Positions 24,740-42,989 of a stretch of 64,000 nucleotides of DNA are shown here, one piece after another. Each line of letters starts with the position of its first letter. The stretch's first letter is position 1. Both the position numbers and the translations under genes were made by a program. The stretch is taken from assembly GCF_009914755.1 (NCBI RefSeq), contig NC_060947.1. One strand, given 5' to 3'. This DNA is from the human T2T-CHM13v2.0 reference genome, Homo sapiens. The notes beneath the pieces are model-generated. The model saw only the letters and a list, made by a program, of their open reading frames with translations. It had not been told where the DNA came from and ran no database searches.

Positions 24740-25090
24740 GTTTTTCTTTTAAAAAAGACTACTTTTAAGAGCAGTTTTAGGTTCACAGCAAAACTGAAAG
24801 GAAGGTAGGAAGATTTTCCATATATCCCCTCCCCCCACAAGTGCATAGCCTCCCTCTTCATCAACATCCCTCATCAGAGTAGTGCATTTGTTACAATTGA
24901 TGAAGATACATTGACACATCATAATCACCCAAAGTTCATAGTTTACATTAAGGTTCACTCTTGATGTTGTACATTCTATGGGTTTGGACAAATATGTAAT
25001 GATATGTACCCACCAATGTAGTATCCTACAGAGTAATTTCACTGCCCTGAAAAATCCTCTGTGCTCCACTTATTCATCCCTCCCCTTCTC
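24740..25090 (-). mobile_element. L1M 3' end fragment
   Basis: gcagttttaggttcacagcaaaactga...cccaaagttcatagtttacatta motif. Confidence 0.75.
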
Positions 25091-25292
25091 CCTGTGGTGT
25101 CTTCTTTAGGTGGACAGAAAACAATGTCACTGCATCTTGCCAGTTTTACAGAATTGTAAAATCACTGGAATCTCATCAATTGTGTTAAATTGCAATTATC
25201 TAGACCTAGAGAGTCAGATGACCCTCAGAGAGGCCTGTTAAAAAAATTATCTTAACATGACATTAAAGCATCAAGTAGTCATCTTTCCTTTT

Positions 25293-25780
25293 GTATTTGT
25301 TTCCTAGTGCTGCTGTAACAAATTACCAAAAACTAGGTGGCTTAAAACAACACACATTTATTCTCTTAACAGTTCTGGAGATCAGAAGTTAGAAATCTGT
25401 TTCACAAGGCTGAAACAGCCATGTCAGAAGGGCCATGTTCCTTTTGGAGGTTCTATGAGAGAATATTTCCATGCTTTTTCCAGCTTCTGAAGCTGCTTTC
25501 TCGCATTCCTTGGTTCGTGGCCTCTTCCTCCATCTTTAAAACCAACAGCATAGCATCCTCAAATCTCTCTGCCTCCATCTTCGCATCACCTTTTCTCTTA
25601 TAAGGATCCTTGGGATTACACCAGGCACACCTGGATAATTCAAGGTAACTCCCCTATTTCAAGGTAAACTGATTTGCAACCTTAATTCCCCCAGCTATGT
25701 AACATAACATATTCACAGGTTCTGAGGAGCAGGACATGGAGATCTTAAGTAGGGGTAGTCATTATTCTTCCCGTCTTACT
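25293..25780 (-). mobile_element. MLT1-type LTR
   Basis: tgtatttgtttcctagtgctgctgtaacaaattacc...ggcttaaaacaac. Confidence 0.8.
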
Positions 25781-25861
25781 CTTGCTTCCAAATTTTGAAT
25801 GATTTTTTATAGCCTCATCTTAGACATTTTATTCTTCAACTTGCTTTTGTCACTTAAAAAA

Positions 25862-26163
<302 letters not shown>

Positions 26164-26719
26164 CTGTCCCTTATCTTTTCATTCAGCACATGCTGTATGC
26201 AGCTACCCCATTCCTCTTAATGGGTAGATAGTATTCCAATTATGGAACTGTTACAGTTTAGTCATTTCCCCATAGATGAAAATTTAAGTTACCAGTTTTT
26301 CACCATGATAAATAGAGGGGCAATGAACACCCCTATGCATAACTCTTCGTGTAATTGTGACTATGTTTCCATAGGAAAATTTTCTGGTGGTTAAAATTCT
26401 GAGACACAATGCATGTCAATTTAATTTTCACAAATATTAACAAATCACCTTTCAAAATGTACATCAATATCTTACACTCATACCAATAATGTGTGAGAGT
26501 AACTGTTTATCTCCCACATCTCTTACACTAGTTATATGGAATTCATTTTTAAATCTTTCAGGATCTACACAGCATTTTGAGATATCCATATAGGTTTTCT
26601 TGGCAAAAAATAAAAGCTTAATCCTTGGTGAATTGAATGTTAAAACAATGCAAATCCATATGTATAACTCAGAGGGCTTATCCTAACAATGATGCATTGG
26701 TAACAGATAATGTATGTAA

Positions 26720-27097
<378 letters not shown>

Positions 27098-28119
27098 AGA
27101 ATGTGTGTTCTTTTCATACTTAGTTCACATATCTCACACAGGTTGGCCTCACTACTTGCCAGTTTCACACAGTGTACGTTCTTTTGCCAAGACTCAACAT
27201 ATTTCCGCTATGTACCCCAGAGGCTCTAAGGTCTAAAGTGTGTGACTGATTGTGCCAATCCTTCAGGAGGAAAGACATGGTAAGATTATGGACATATGTG
27301 TCCTCTGAAGATAGTAAGACAGCCCAATAGCAAAGGCTTCAGAGAACAAGGGTTCCCACTCTTAAGTAGGTAAGTATTTCACAGGGCAGAGTCAGCTGAT
27401 TATGTACTAAAGAATTTCCTAGATATAAAGCCCCATGGGCTTAGATGGAAAGTCCTGGTGAGTACCCTACCCCACAGATGCCTGCCCCACCCCCACCCTG
27501 GAACATGACAATAAACTCTGTAATGTTAAGGACCATGACCATATGAGATGCAGGCATGAAGGGGCTAGCTGAAAGGGCACTGAAGGTTGACCTAGGCTCT
27601 AGGGAGGGGCACTATTCTCTACTGTCCACTTCCCTTGGCCTGCTCTAGAACTAGAAGTCAGCTTCCTAGCAGGAGTAAGAGCAGTGCTGGCAAGATGAAG
27701 TGGAAGGGAATGGGCTTCAGCACTGGCCTGATTGGTTGTTCCTGGAGTCAGAGTTCATACAACCCTTAGCAGGAACTGCCCTCTCCAGTTTTCTTCCCAC
27801 AACCACGGTTTGAAAGGTGTGTAAGGAAGAGCATACAGGAGTTAATGTCCTGAAATTAGAAAGGAAATGGGCCCCTCTACCATCCTTCTCCTCACTATCC
27901 CAGTACGAATCTATAAGTACATGTGAGCATATGCTCAGCTTTCATCCCAGGCGTTTTAGGACTTCTCTCTAGAGAGAATTCAGTGGTGCCTCCTGATAAG
28001 GAGTGTTTAAGGGGAAAAAATGTTTGGGATGAACCCAACCATAGCTCAGAAAATACTGCTGAAACCACTAACACATTAAAATGCTTTCATAAGGACCTAA
28101 GAGGACTTAGAGGCTTGTA

Positions 28120-28670
<551 letters not shown>

Positions 28671-28983
28671 TATTATTTAGTTCTCCCACAGTGCCTCACA
28701 GTCCTATGCCCATAGTCTTTGAAGTTCTTGTGGAGCAAATGAAATTGAAAACTATTAGTTTATTTCTTTTCCTAACATGCAAATTTGCCCATACTTAGCC
28801 TACCAAATTTCCAATAATATGAGAATAGCTGTTGTTACAATGGCCTACTTCTTTTCCCCAAACTTCATAGTTATGTCTGCCTTTTCCAGAAACCATTTTC
28901 TGGCCCTGTCTCTGCCTCCTCTCCACTCAGCAAGACTTGTCCCTACACATGTACCCTATGTTGCTTTAAGATTTAAGAGAGTA

Positions 28984-29282
<299 letters not shown>

Positions 29283-29291
29283 GATTTCAGA

Positions 29292-30320
29292 GAGGACTGT
29301 GCGGCCTCGGCTCGTGGGTCTCTGAGACCTGAAAATTGAGAGCATTTTCGCACCCCAGAGGCTGCTACTGGCAACTCTGCGGCCTTCACCATGCCACAGA
29401 ACGAATATATTGAATTACACTGTAAACGCTATGGATATCGTTTGGATTACCATGAGAAAAAGAGAAAGAAGGAAAGTCGAGAGGCTACGAACGTTCAAAG
29501 AAGGCAAAGAAAATGATGGTCTGAAGGCTAAGCTTTACCATAAACCGTGCCATGCTGAGAAAATACAAATGAAAAAGACTATCAAGATGCATGAAAAGAG
29601 AAACACCAAACACAAGAATAATGAAAAGACTCCACGGGGATCAGTACCTGCCTATCTGCTGGACAGAGAGGCACAATCTCGAGCTACAGTACTTTCCAAT
29701 ATGATTAAACAGAAACGAAAAGAGAAGGTGGGAAAATGGGAAGTCCCTCTGCCTGAAGTATGTGCCCAAGGAGAAACAAAAGTATTAAAAGTTATTCGAA
29801 CAGGAAAGAGAAAGAAGAAGGCATGGAAGAGGATGGTTACTAAAGTCTGCTTTGTTGGAGATGGCTTTATAAGAAAACCACCTAAATATGAAAGACTCAT
29901 CAGGCCAATGGGCTTGCATTTCAAGAAAGCCCATGTAACACATCCTGAACTGAAAGCCACCTTTTGCTTACCAATACTTGGTGTAAAGAAGAATCCCTCA
30001 TTCCCACTGTATACAACTTTGGGTGTTATTACCAAAGGTACTGTCATTGAGGTAAATGTGAGCAAACTGGGACTTGTGACGCAAAGAGGCAAAGTTATTT
30101 GGGGAAAATATGCCCAGGTTACCAACAATCCTGAAAATGATGGATGCATAAATGCAGTCTTACTGGTTTGACAGCAATTTAATATATAATTATTGAGGAC
30201 TACAAACCAATTGAAAAAACTGCCATTACTGTGATGTTTCTGAATACCACCAAACAGCCTTATATGTCTGCAATCATCAAGAGATTTATTAAATTGCAAA
30301 CATTAAAATGGTTAAAAAAA
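29292..30320 (+). pseudogene. NSA2P: NSA2 (ribosome biogenesis factor) processed pseudogene; CDS remnant 29391-30171; pseudogene number not determined
   Basis: [10 protein letters not shown]...[14 protein letters not shown], intronless. Two 1-nt deletions (~29487, ~29518). ATTAAA at 30302 and a short A tail. TSD (a)n gatttcaga on both sides. Confidence 0.95.
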
Positions 30321-31594
30321 GATTTCAGAAAGTAAGAAGAGAGTAGTCAATTTTAAAAGTGTTTGCAAATGGAAGGGAGCAAGTTCCCTGCCCCACTACC
30401 ATATTTCACAATTCCATCTTCTCCTGTGTATCTGGAGGATTTTTACAGAACCAAAAGGCCACCATCTGTAGGAAGTTCTAAGGGTTCATTTACATAATGT
30501 ATCACTAGAGTCTTTTCTCCTTGGGTGAGGGCAGCAGGTTTTTCAGGTCAGAAACTACTCCACACCCCTAAACTCTCTGCATTCCCAGGATGTTAAGTCA
30601 CTGAGGAAGCTGGGGAGAATATACAGAAGGAAAATTTTGCCTGGTCCAGTACTGAGGCACACTTTTTGCCCTGTGTAGCGTCATTTTATCTCCAATTGAC
30701 TTCCTTAGATCAGTATGTGTCTATATGTTTCCATAGCACCCACTCCTTAAGTAGCTGATTCACATGGCTTTTATGGACCAAATTATTGTTCCATGCTGCT
30801 CTTGATTTTACTTGAGGGTACAGTGACTATTGGGGAGAAATTCTTGCTTGAATTCCAAAGAAGTAATGTGTTCTTCTGGAGGTCTGATAGATTAGTTCTT
30901 TCAAGCCTCACCTTGAATAACATAGTTAGAAGACAGCAGGTGAGCTTTATATGACAATAACTAAGTCTCTTCATCATGAAAAATGGAATGGGGGAGTTGG
31001 GGTTGAAGAAAGGAGCTCTCCACTGTTCCAAAGCAAGTCCATACAGTCTCTCCCAAATTAAGTATATAATCCTTTTAGTCCCAAACAGTGGCTGATGAAG
31101 GGAAAACCATGCTAGCCATGCCAAGAAATAAGATACTTTGGTTAACAGCCCTGCTACTTAGAAGAGAGAACTCCCTCAACATAATGTCCTGACATTGGAT
31201 AAGAGGAGAGGAAATGACTAAAGATAAATTCTTAGCATGCTACCAAGAGTAAAATTGGATGAGGACAGGAAGCCCTAGGTCAGATTGTTCACAATTTCTT
31301 GAAGTGTTGTGGTGGCCACGACTAGGAGTTCTTTTAATTTTCCTGGTCTGTGAGGGGCAAGCATTAGTTAGGTAAATGCTGGGATATTTGGTCCCAATAG
31401 GCAGTGGCCATAGTAACTTCAATCCCTTGGTTACCTCAGAGGTAGCTGGCTGACATTCCTATCAAAATACCCAACTGATATGAGATGTAAACATTGAGAT
31501 ATAGGAGAAAAGGAGACATGCATTCGTCCACTGGGGGTATAGGAACGAACAGAGGGTTGATAAACATATGTTCCTTGTTATAAAGTAAAATCCT

Positions 31595-31896
<302 letters not shown>

Positions 31897-32049
31897 GTAA
31901 ACTCCTGTAGGCAGAAACCAGTACTGATGATGATTTAATGTGATCTTGTTTCCCTCCTCTGCCTTCACTCTACCTTGGAGTGTTAGTCACCCATCCCAAT
32001 CGCAAACAACATGAAGGTGATGTCTCAGCCATTATTACTTTCTTCCCTA

Positions 32050-32050
32050 C

Positions 32051-32095
<45 letters not shown>
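32050..32095 (+). repeat. (CA)n microsatellite
   Basis: Direct read. Confidence 0.95.
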
Positions 32096-32096
<1 letters not shown>

Positions 32097-32478
32097 TAAT
32101 GAAATACTCAGGACAACAGCAGACACAAAGCAGTCTTCATTTCTTCCACACATCGGAAACATTTTCAATTACAGTTCAGCTTCTCTGAGGTCCACATCAA
32201 GTAGTAAAATACCAAGAGCACAGAAAAGCTGGGTTGGAGGAAATCTCTGCTAATGAGGCACTAAGTGAGAGGCTTCACTTAACAATTCCAATAGACAAGC
32301 TGGAGGCCCATGCAGGTCCCTGAGAAAAAGAGTCATTTTGGCTTATGCCCTGAAGGAATTCTACTCTGCACTTTCTCCTTAGAGTGTGCCTATGAAGTGC
32401 CACTGTAAAGAGAGGTCCTTGCTGAATGGCCACTAGTAAAATCCTAACAGAGAGCTAATCTGCTTGGGGAGCAGCTTT

Positions 32479-32484
32479 TTTAAT
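32479..32484 (-). terminator. XKRX: Candidate XKRX poly(A) signal ATTAAA (3' UTR about 550 nt)
   Basis: tttaat on the plus strand; first recognisable poly(A) hexamer I found downstream of the stop. Not confirmed. Confidence 0.5.
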
Positions 32485-33014
32485 AGTGGTGATTTTCTTC
32501 TCAGCCAGAGCTTCTCACTGGAATTAAAAAGACCCCAGCCACACTGACAGTTGCAGGTTCCACATTAGTCAGACTGTTTCCTGGGAGGTACTCTTAGCTG
32601 GTAAGCTGTCATATCCTCTGATCAGTCAGGATATATTCTAGCGGGATTCTGGGCCTTCAGCTCAGCCCAGGAAAGCTCAGAAATGCATCAAGCAAATGAG
32701 CAGAGCTAGAAGGTCACTTTAGAGAGCCTAAAGTGTTTGAAGACAAGTTATTCCAATTGACTTGGGTAAGAAGGGTGTGAATGGTATTTCTGACCCTTTC
32801 AACTATATAGTCGATACCCCCTGTTTCCAAACATAGTGGTAACTCTTAAGAAAATAAAACCTATTTGGGAGTTGCTCTTTCTTCTGATAGGCTTAACAGA
32901 AAAGTCAAGAAAATGTACTGATGGGTATCTCACCCATGAACCTCATCCTTTCGTTCAATTTCATGGTTACTCTTGGCAACTCCCAACTCTTCCTAAAATA
33001 CCCAGAAAATAGAA

Positions 33015-33824
<810 letters not shown>

Positions 33825-33924
33825 TTATAACCCAGAGGTCCAGAGAGATGACGGGTGAGACTTGAGAGCTCCAGTTAAGAGCAAATGCAAATATGATCAC
33901 AGCTATGTAAACAAATAGCATGCA

Positions 33925-34753
33925 CTTGAATAGACTTTCTCCGAAGGCGGTATACAAACGGCCAACAGGTATATGAAAAGGTGTTCAACATCACTAATCA
34001 TCACAAAAATGCAAATCAAAGCCACAATGAGATATCACCTCACACCTGTTAGAATGGCTATTATTAAAAAAAAAAAGTGTTGGTGGGGATGTAAGAAAAA
34101 GGACCTTGTACACTGTTTGTGGGAACATAAACTGACACAGCCATTATGGAAAACAGCATGGAGGTTCTCCAAAAAAATTACAAACAGAACGGCCAAACGA
34201 TCAAATAATCCCACTGCTGGGTGTATACCTAAAGGAAATCAGTATCTCAAAGAGATATCTGCACTCTCATGCTCATTGTAGTATTATTCTCAATAGCCAA
34301 GATATGGAAACAAACTCAGTATCTGTTGACAGATGAATGGATAAAGAAAATCTGGTGGGTGTGTCTGTGTGTGTGTGTGTGTGTGCGTGTGTGTGTGTGT
34401 GTGTATGAATATTATTCAACCATAAAATTACAGAAACTCTGCCATCCGTGACAACACAGATGAACCTAGAGGACATTATGCTAAGTGAAATGAGCTAGAC
34501 ACATAAAGAAAAATACTGCATTGTCTTACTTATATGTGGAATCTAAAAAAGTTGAACACCTAGCAACAGAGTAGAATGGGTGGTTACCAGGGGATGGGGA
34601 TTTAGGGAAATAGAAGGATTTTGATCAAAGGCTACAAATTTAGAGTTATAAGATAAATAAGTTTCAGAGCTCTAATGTACAACATGATGACTATAGTTGA
34701 CAATAATGTATTGTGTACTTGAAATTTTTAAAGAGAGTAGATCTTAAGTTTTA

Positions 34754-34789
<36 letters not shown>

Positions 34790-34910
34790 ACAAAAATGAT
34801 AACTATGTGAGGTGATGAATGTGTTAATTAGTTTGGTTGTGGTAATCATTTCACAATGTGTACATACATCGAAACATCACATTGTACACCTTGAATATAT
34901 ACAATAAAAC
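33925..34910 (+). mobile_element. L1MA-type 3' end with internal (TG)n and (CA)n
   Basis: [10 protein letters not shown]...[16 protein letters not shown]2 C-terminus and 3' UTR. Confidence 0.85.
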
Positions 34911-35509
34911 AAAATAGATGCACAAAAAATTGAAAAAATGAACCAAAATATCTTTTTTTGTGTGTGATAGTCTTATATCAGTTTTAGAAATCTTTTTCTC
35001 TACATTTCTCTATTTTCTAAATTTCTCATGATGAACATATACTGTAACACTTTAATAATCATATAAATATACAAAATAAACTTCCTTAAAAAGCATGGGT
35101 CTTAGAACATTGAGAAGTCACTAACGTGAGAAGAGTACATATAAAGGTATCAGGCAGACTTTGCTGATGAAGCAGGCTTCGGAGCAAACATTGAATAAGG
35201 CGGAAAGAACTCTATCTGAAAAAATCCAGTCTTAGGAGACTCATAGAGAACGCTCTTGCTAATAGAAGTCCCTTCTTTGATGTATATCTTCTTCAAGGAA
35301 CTAACATTGTTTGTGTGTTTCTAGAACACTTAGCTTCAGTGATGTGTCAAAATGTGTATTGAAAATTCCATGAAGGCAGGAGGGACCATGTTTTCTTCAC
35401 TGCTGTATTCCCATAGCCTAACATATTACCTGGAACATAGCAGGTGCTCAATAAATGTTTGTGGAATTAATGAAGACTTCTGAGATTAGAGAGGTGCATA
35501 AAATACCTA

Positions 35510-35987
<478 letters not shown>

Positions 35988-36009
35988 CTAATTAGAAATC
36001 CTTGGTTCC

Positions 36010-36310
36010 AGCCGTGCACACGGTGGCTCACACCTGTAATCCCAAGCACTTTGCGGGGCTGAGGTGGGTGGATCACCTGAGGTCAGGAGTTCAAGACCAG
36101 CCTGACCAACATGGTGAAACCCGGTCTCTACTAAAAATACAAAAATTAGCTGGGCATGGTGGTGCATGCCTGTAAGGAGGAAGGGAAGAAAGAAAGGGAG
36201 AAAGAGAGAAAGGGAGGAAGGGAGGAAGACAGAAAGAGAGAGAGAGAAAGAAAGAGAGAAAGAAAAGAAAGAAAAAGAAAAGGAAAAAGAGAGAAAGAAA
36301 GAGAAAGAAA

Positions 36311-36351
<41 letters not shown>

Positions 36352-36352
36352 A

Positions 36353-36404
<52 letters not shown>
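36010..36404 (+). repeat. Truncated Alu fused to a ~230-nt purine (AAAG/AG/AGG) tract
   Basis: Alu left arm 36010-36175, then purine repeat; TSD agaaatccttggttc. Confidence 0.9.
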
Positions 36405-37649
36405 AATCCTTGGTTCAGCTGTATGGGAACTTTTGGAAGTCACTGAATATCTATGTACCTCAGTTCTCAATTCACTGAGATACTCAAGAGTTGCTTATAT
36501 TTGTCATCAGCAATGTCAATTCATTACCCCCATATGTTAGGAATCTCTGAGTTTGCAGCAGAGTAGTTCAAAAATTTCCAAACCCTGTTGCCTCACCCAT
36601 GACATCCATGGAACCATATGTTAGAGTAGTGGCCCTAAAGAGCCAGGATGCTCCCTAACCTACCTAAGCCTCAACTATAGATGACACAGGTGGCCCTTTC
36701 CTTTTCTTCCTTTATGTCAAAGGATGCTGATTACTAAGAAAAATCCAGTGCTCTCAAGAGAAGTGGGATGGCTGAGGAATACTCATCCAAAAGGAAAGCT
36801 GGAGTTTTCTGTTCCTATTAAAACACTTGATGTAGGGAAAAGGTGGCCATAGAGATGTCAACTTAATCTTTTACTTTTAGTGGAGGAAAAGTTAAGATTT
36901 CCCCCATGTAAACCCAAAAGGAAGCACAGCTCTGAGTTCTTCAGTTTTAAGTAGAGTGTTGGAATCTCAGAGACTGGAATTGGAGACTCTTGAAGTGGTG
37001 ACTCTTGTCTTTCTCAACCATTCTCAGTCCCATCCTCAAGAGCTGATGCACCTTATGTAACTGGGAATGTGAGAGCATACATCCAGCTGTGTGGCGATGC
37101 TTTCCCTTACATTAGAACTCATTTATTGATTAGTAGTGTAACAGAAGGAAAAAAACCTGATGCTTCCAATAAATGTCAAAACATTTTCAATCTGTGTCCC
37201 TACAAATACACTCATGCCATAAGAGAACAAAATACACAGGCTCTGGAGGCAAACACCCTGAATTCCAATCCAATCTTTGCTTATGGGACCTTGGGGGAAT
37301 ATACTTAAACTCTCAGTGCGTCTGTTTCTTCGTCTGTAAAATGAGAATGATAATTATCTCATAGGGTTGTGGTAAAGATTAAATAAACATTTACATGTAA
37401 AGGGCTTAGAGAAATGCCTAGAACCTAGTAAATTCTTTTAGCTGTGTTCTTCTTTCTTCTTCTTCCTTCTTCCCTTCTTCCTTTCCTTTTTCTCCTCCTC
37501 CCCCTCCTCCTCTTTCTTCCTATTCTTTGTCATCTTCATCATCCCCCTATTTCCAAAAGTATGGTAGGTGGGTTTACTTTACCTGGATACTATCCTGCTA
37601 CTTAGAAAATCAGGTCATTTTAAAACTGATAGAACATCTGAAAGTAAGC

Positions 37650-39260
<1,611 letters not shown>

Positions 39261-39272
39261 CAAAACTAGTAA

Positions 39273-40018
<746 letters not shown>

Positions 40019-40497
40019 GTAATGTACACCTATTTTTATTAGATGATTTAAAGGAAAAGCATCATCATTTCCAAAGAGTTTTCTCCTCAAACTACTATGT
40101 ATGTGAAAAGCTTCAAGACCAACAGAACTTCAAGAACAATTCTGAGTGGGGAAAAAAGACAAAAGAGGGCAAATTTTCTCCTTACCTTATTTGAGACATG
40201 GGACTTTGCCAAACAGGGTTAGAATCTAATAGGAAATGGTCCAAACCTGTACCCACACCTATACCAGTGCCTGCCCAAGCAGATGAAGCAAATCTCAGGC
40301 TGTTAAAATTCATTAACAACAATTTATCTCAACTTTGAAAACACTGACTCACATTTCATCTTCTGCTAGAGGTCTTACTCATTTCAGGATCCCTCTTCTA
40401 CAAGTGGGAAATTAGGTCAGTGATTGCTTTGTAACTTCCTCCAAAGATCACAGTGAAGGTCAGAACTTGGTCCAGGCCTGACTCTCATTAGTATTAA

Positions 40498-40812
<315 letters not shown>

Positions 40813-41217
40813 CCACGCTCCTTTTCTTTCTCTCCACTGGCATTAGCAGAAATGATTAAATCATTGGTTCCCAAATGTGGCTGATCAAAATCAACTGGGT
40901 ACCTTTTAGAAATACATATTAAGATTGATTCAAGTCTGGGGAGTGAATATAATTTCAAAAAGAAGCTCATCACATGATTCTGATGATCAGTACTATTTGG
41001 GAACCTCTTATTAAAGACTGCCATCCTTAAACAAACAAAACAACAGCATAATTTAAACATTTTGGGCAAGGGAAAATATCCTACTGACTGCTGGTATTAC
41101 TAGCTTCTTCTGGGCCCAGAGAAGGTTTATCTGTGACATTTTTAGTCTAAACAGCTTACCTGTTTAAGAAATCTGGCAGGCTTGAGATGTCTGACTCCAC
41201 AAGTTATTTAACTATCT

Positions 41218-41410
41218 CCCAGTGCTGTCCGATAGAACTTTCTGTGATGATGGAAATGTTTATACCTGTGCCATCCAATACAGTAGTTGCTAGCAACACA
41301 CGGCTGCTGAGAACTTGAAATGTAGCTAGTATTAATGAACAAGTTTTTAATTTTATTTAATTTTAAGTTAAATAGCCACATGAAGCTAGTGGCCAGTTTA
41401 TTAGACAGCT
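41218..41410. mobile_element. MER3-like hAT element
   Basis: cagtgctgtccgatagaactttctgtgatgatggaaatg...aatagccacatg. Confidence 0.75.
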
Positions 41411-41426
41411 TGGGTCTAGACTTCTA

Positions 41427-41768
<342 letters not shown>

Positions 41769-41836
41769 TTAACTAAGCTGTCCTGGGAAGGGAGGTTGTA
41801 GTGAGGGAAAAAAATAACTTGGGGAGGTTGTGCTAC

Positions 41837-42141
41837 TTTATTTTATTTTTGAGACAAGGTCTTACTCCATCACCCTGGCTGGAGTGCAGTGGCACAATCA
41901 TAATTCATTGCAGCTTTGACCTCCTAGGCTCAAATGATCCTCCCACCTCAGCCTTCTGAGTAGCTAGGACTACAGGCGCATGCCACCATGCCAGCTATTT
42001 TTAATTTGTGTAGAGAGGAGATCTAGACATGTTGCCCAGACTGGTCTCAAACTCCTGGGCTCAAGCAATCCTACTGCCTTGACCCAAAGTGCTGGGATCC
42101 TAAAGTGCTGGGATCACACGTGTGAGACACCATGGCCAGCC
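41837..42141 (-). mobile_element. Alu (J-like)
   Basis: Antisense Alu. Confidence 0.9.
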
Positions 42142-42491
42142 TGCACTACTTTTTGTCTTTTTCTCTCTTCTGTTCTGATCATTTCTCATAAGTCAAAGGG
42201 TGGATCATGCCTTCTACAAGTTACATGAATCTAAATCCATTTTTGTTCAGTCATCGACTGACCTAAGAACACTGTTTCAGAAGTACTTGTTTGAGGACTC
42301 GAGGAATTGTTTTGTCTTTTTAAGAATAGGCCTGTGGCAGGTAGAAAAGTGCCTTGAACACAAAGGTATTAAGTCGATACTGTTTTCCTAGCAAAATAAT
42401 GAAGGTTCCAAAGGCCCTGTTTTCTTACCTCAAATTCGTGAGGTAAAGCATTCCTCCCTCAAAGCATTCAGCTCCATAACCAAAGTTTTAG

Positions 42492-42989
<498 letters not shown>

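Noticed and set aside
29652-30299. 215-aa minus-strand ORF
   Set aside because: Antisense shadow of the NSA2 coding frame
35988-36540. Phe/Leu/Ser-rich and Lys/Glu/Arg-rich ORFs
   Set aside because: Translations of the (AAAG)n tract and Alu
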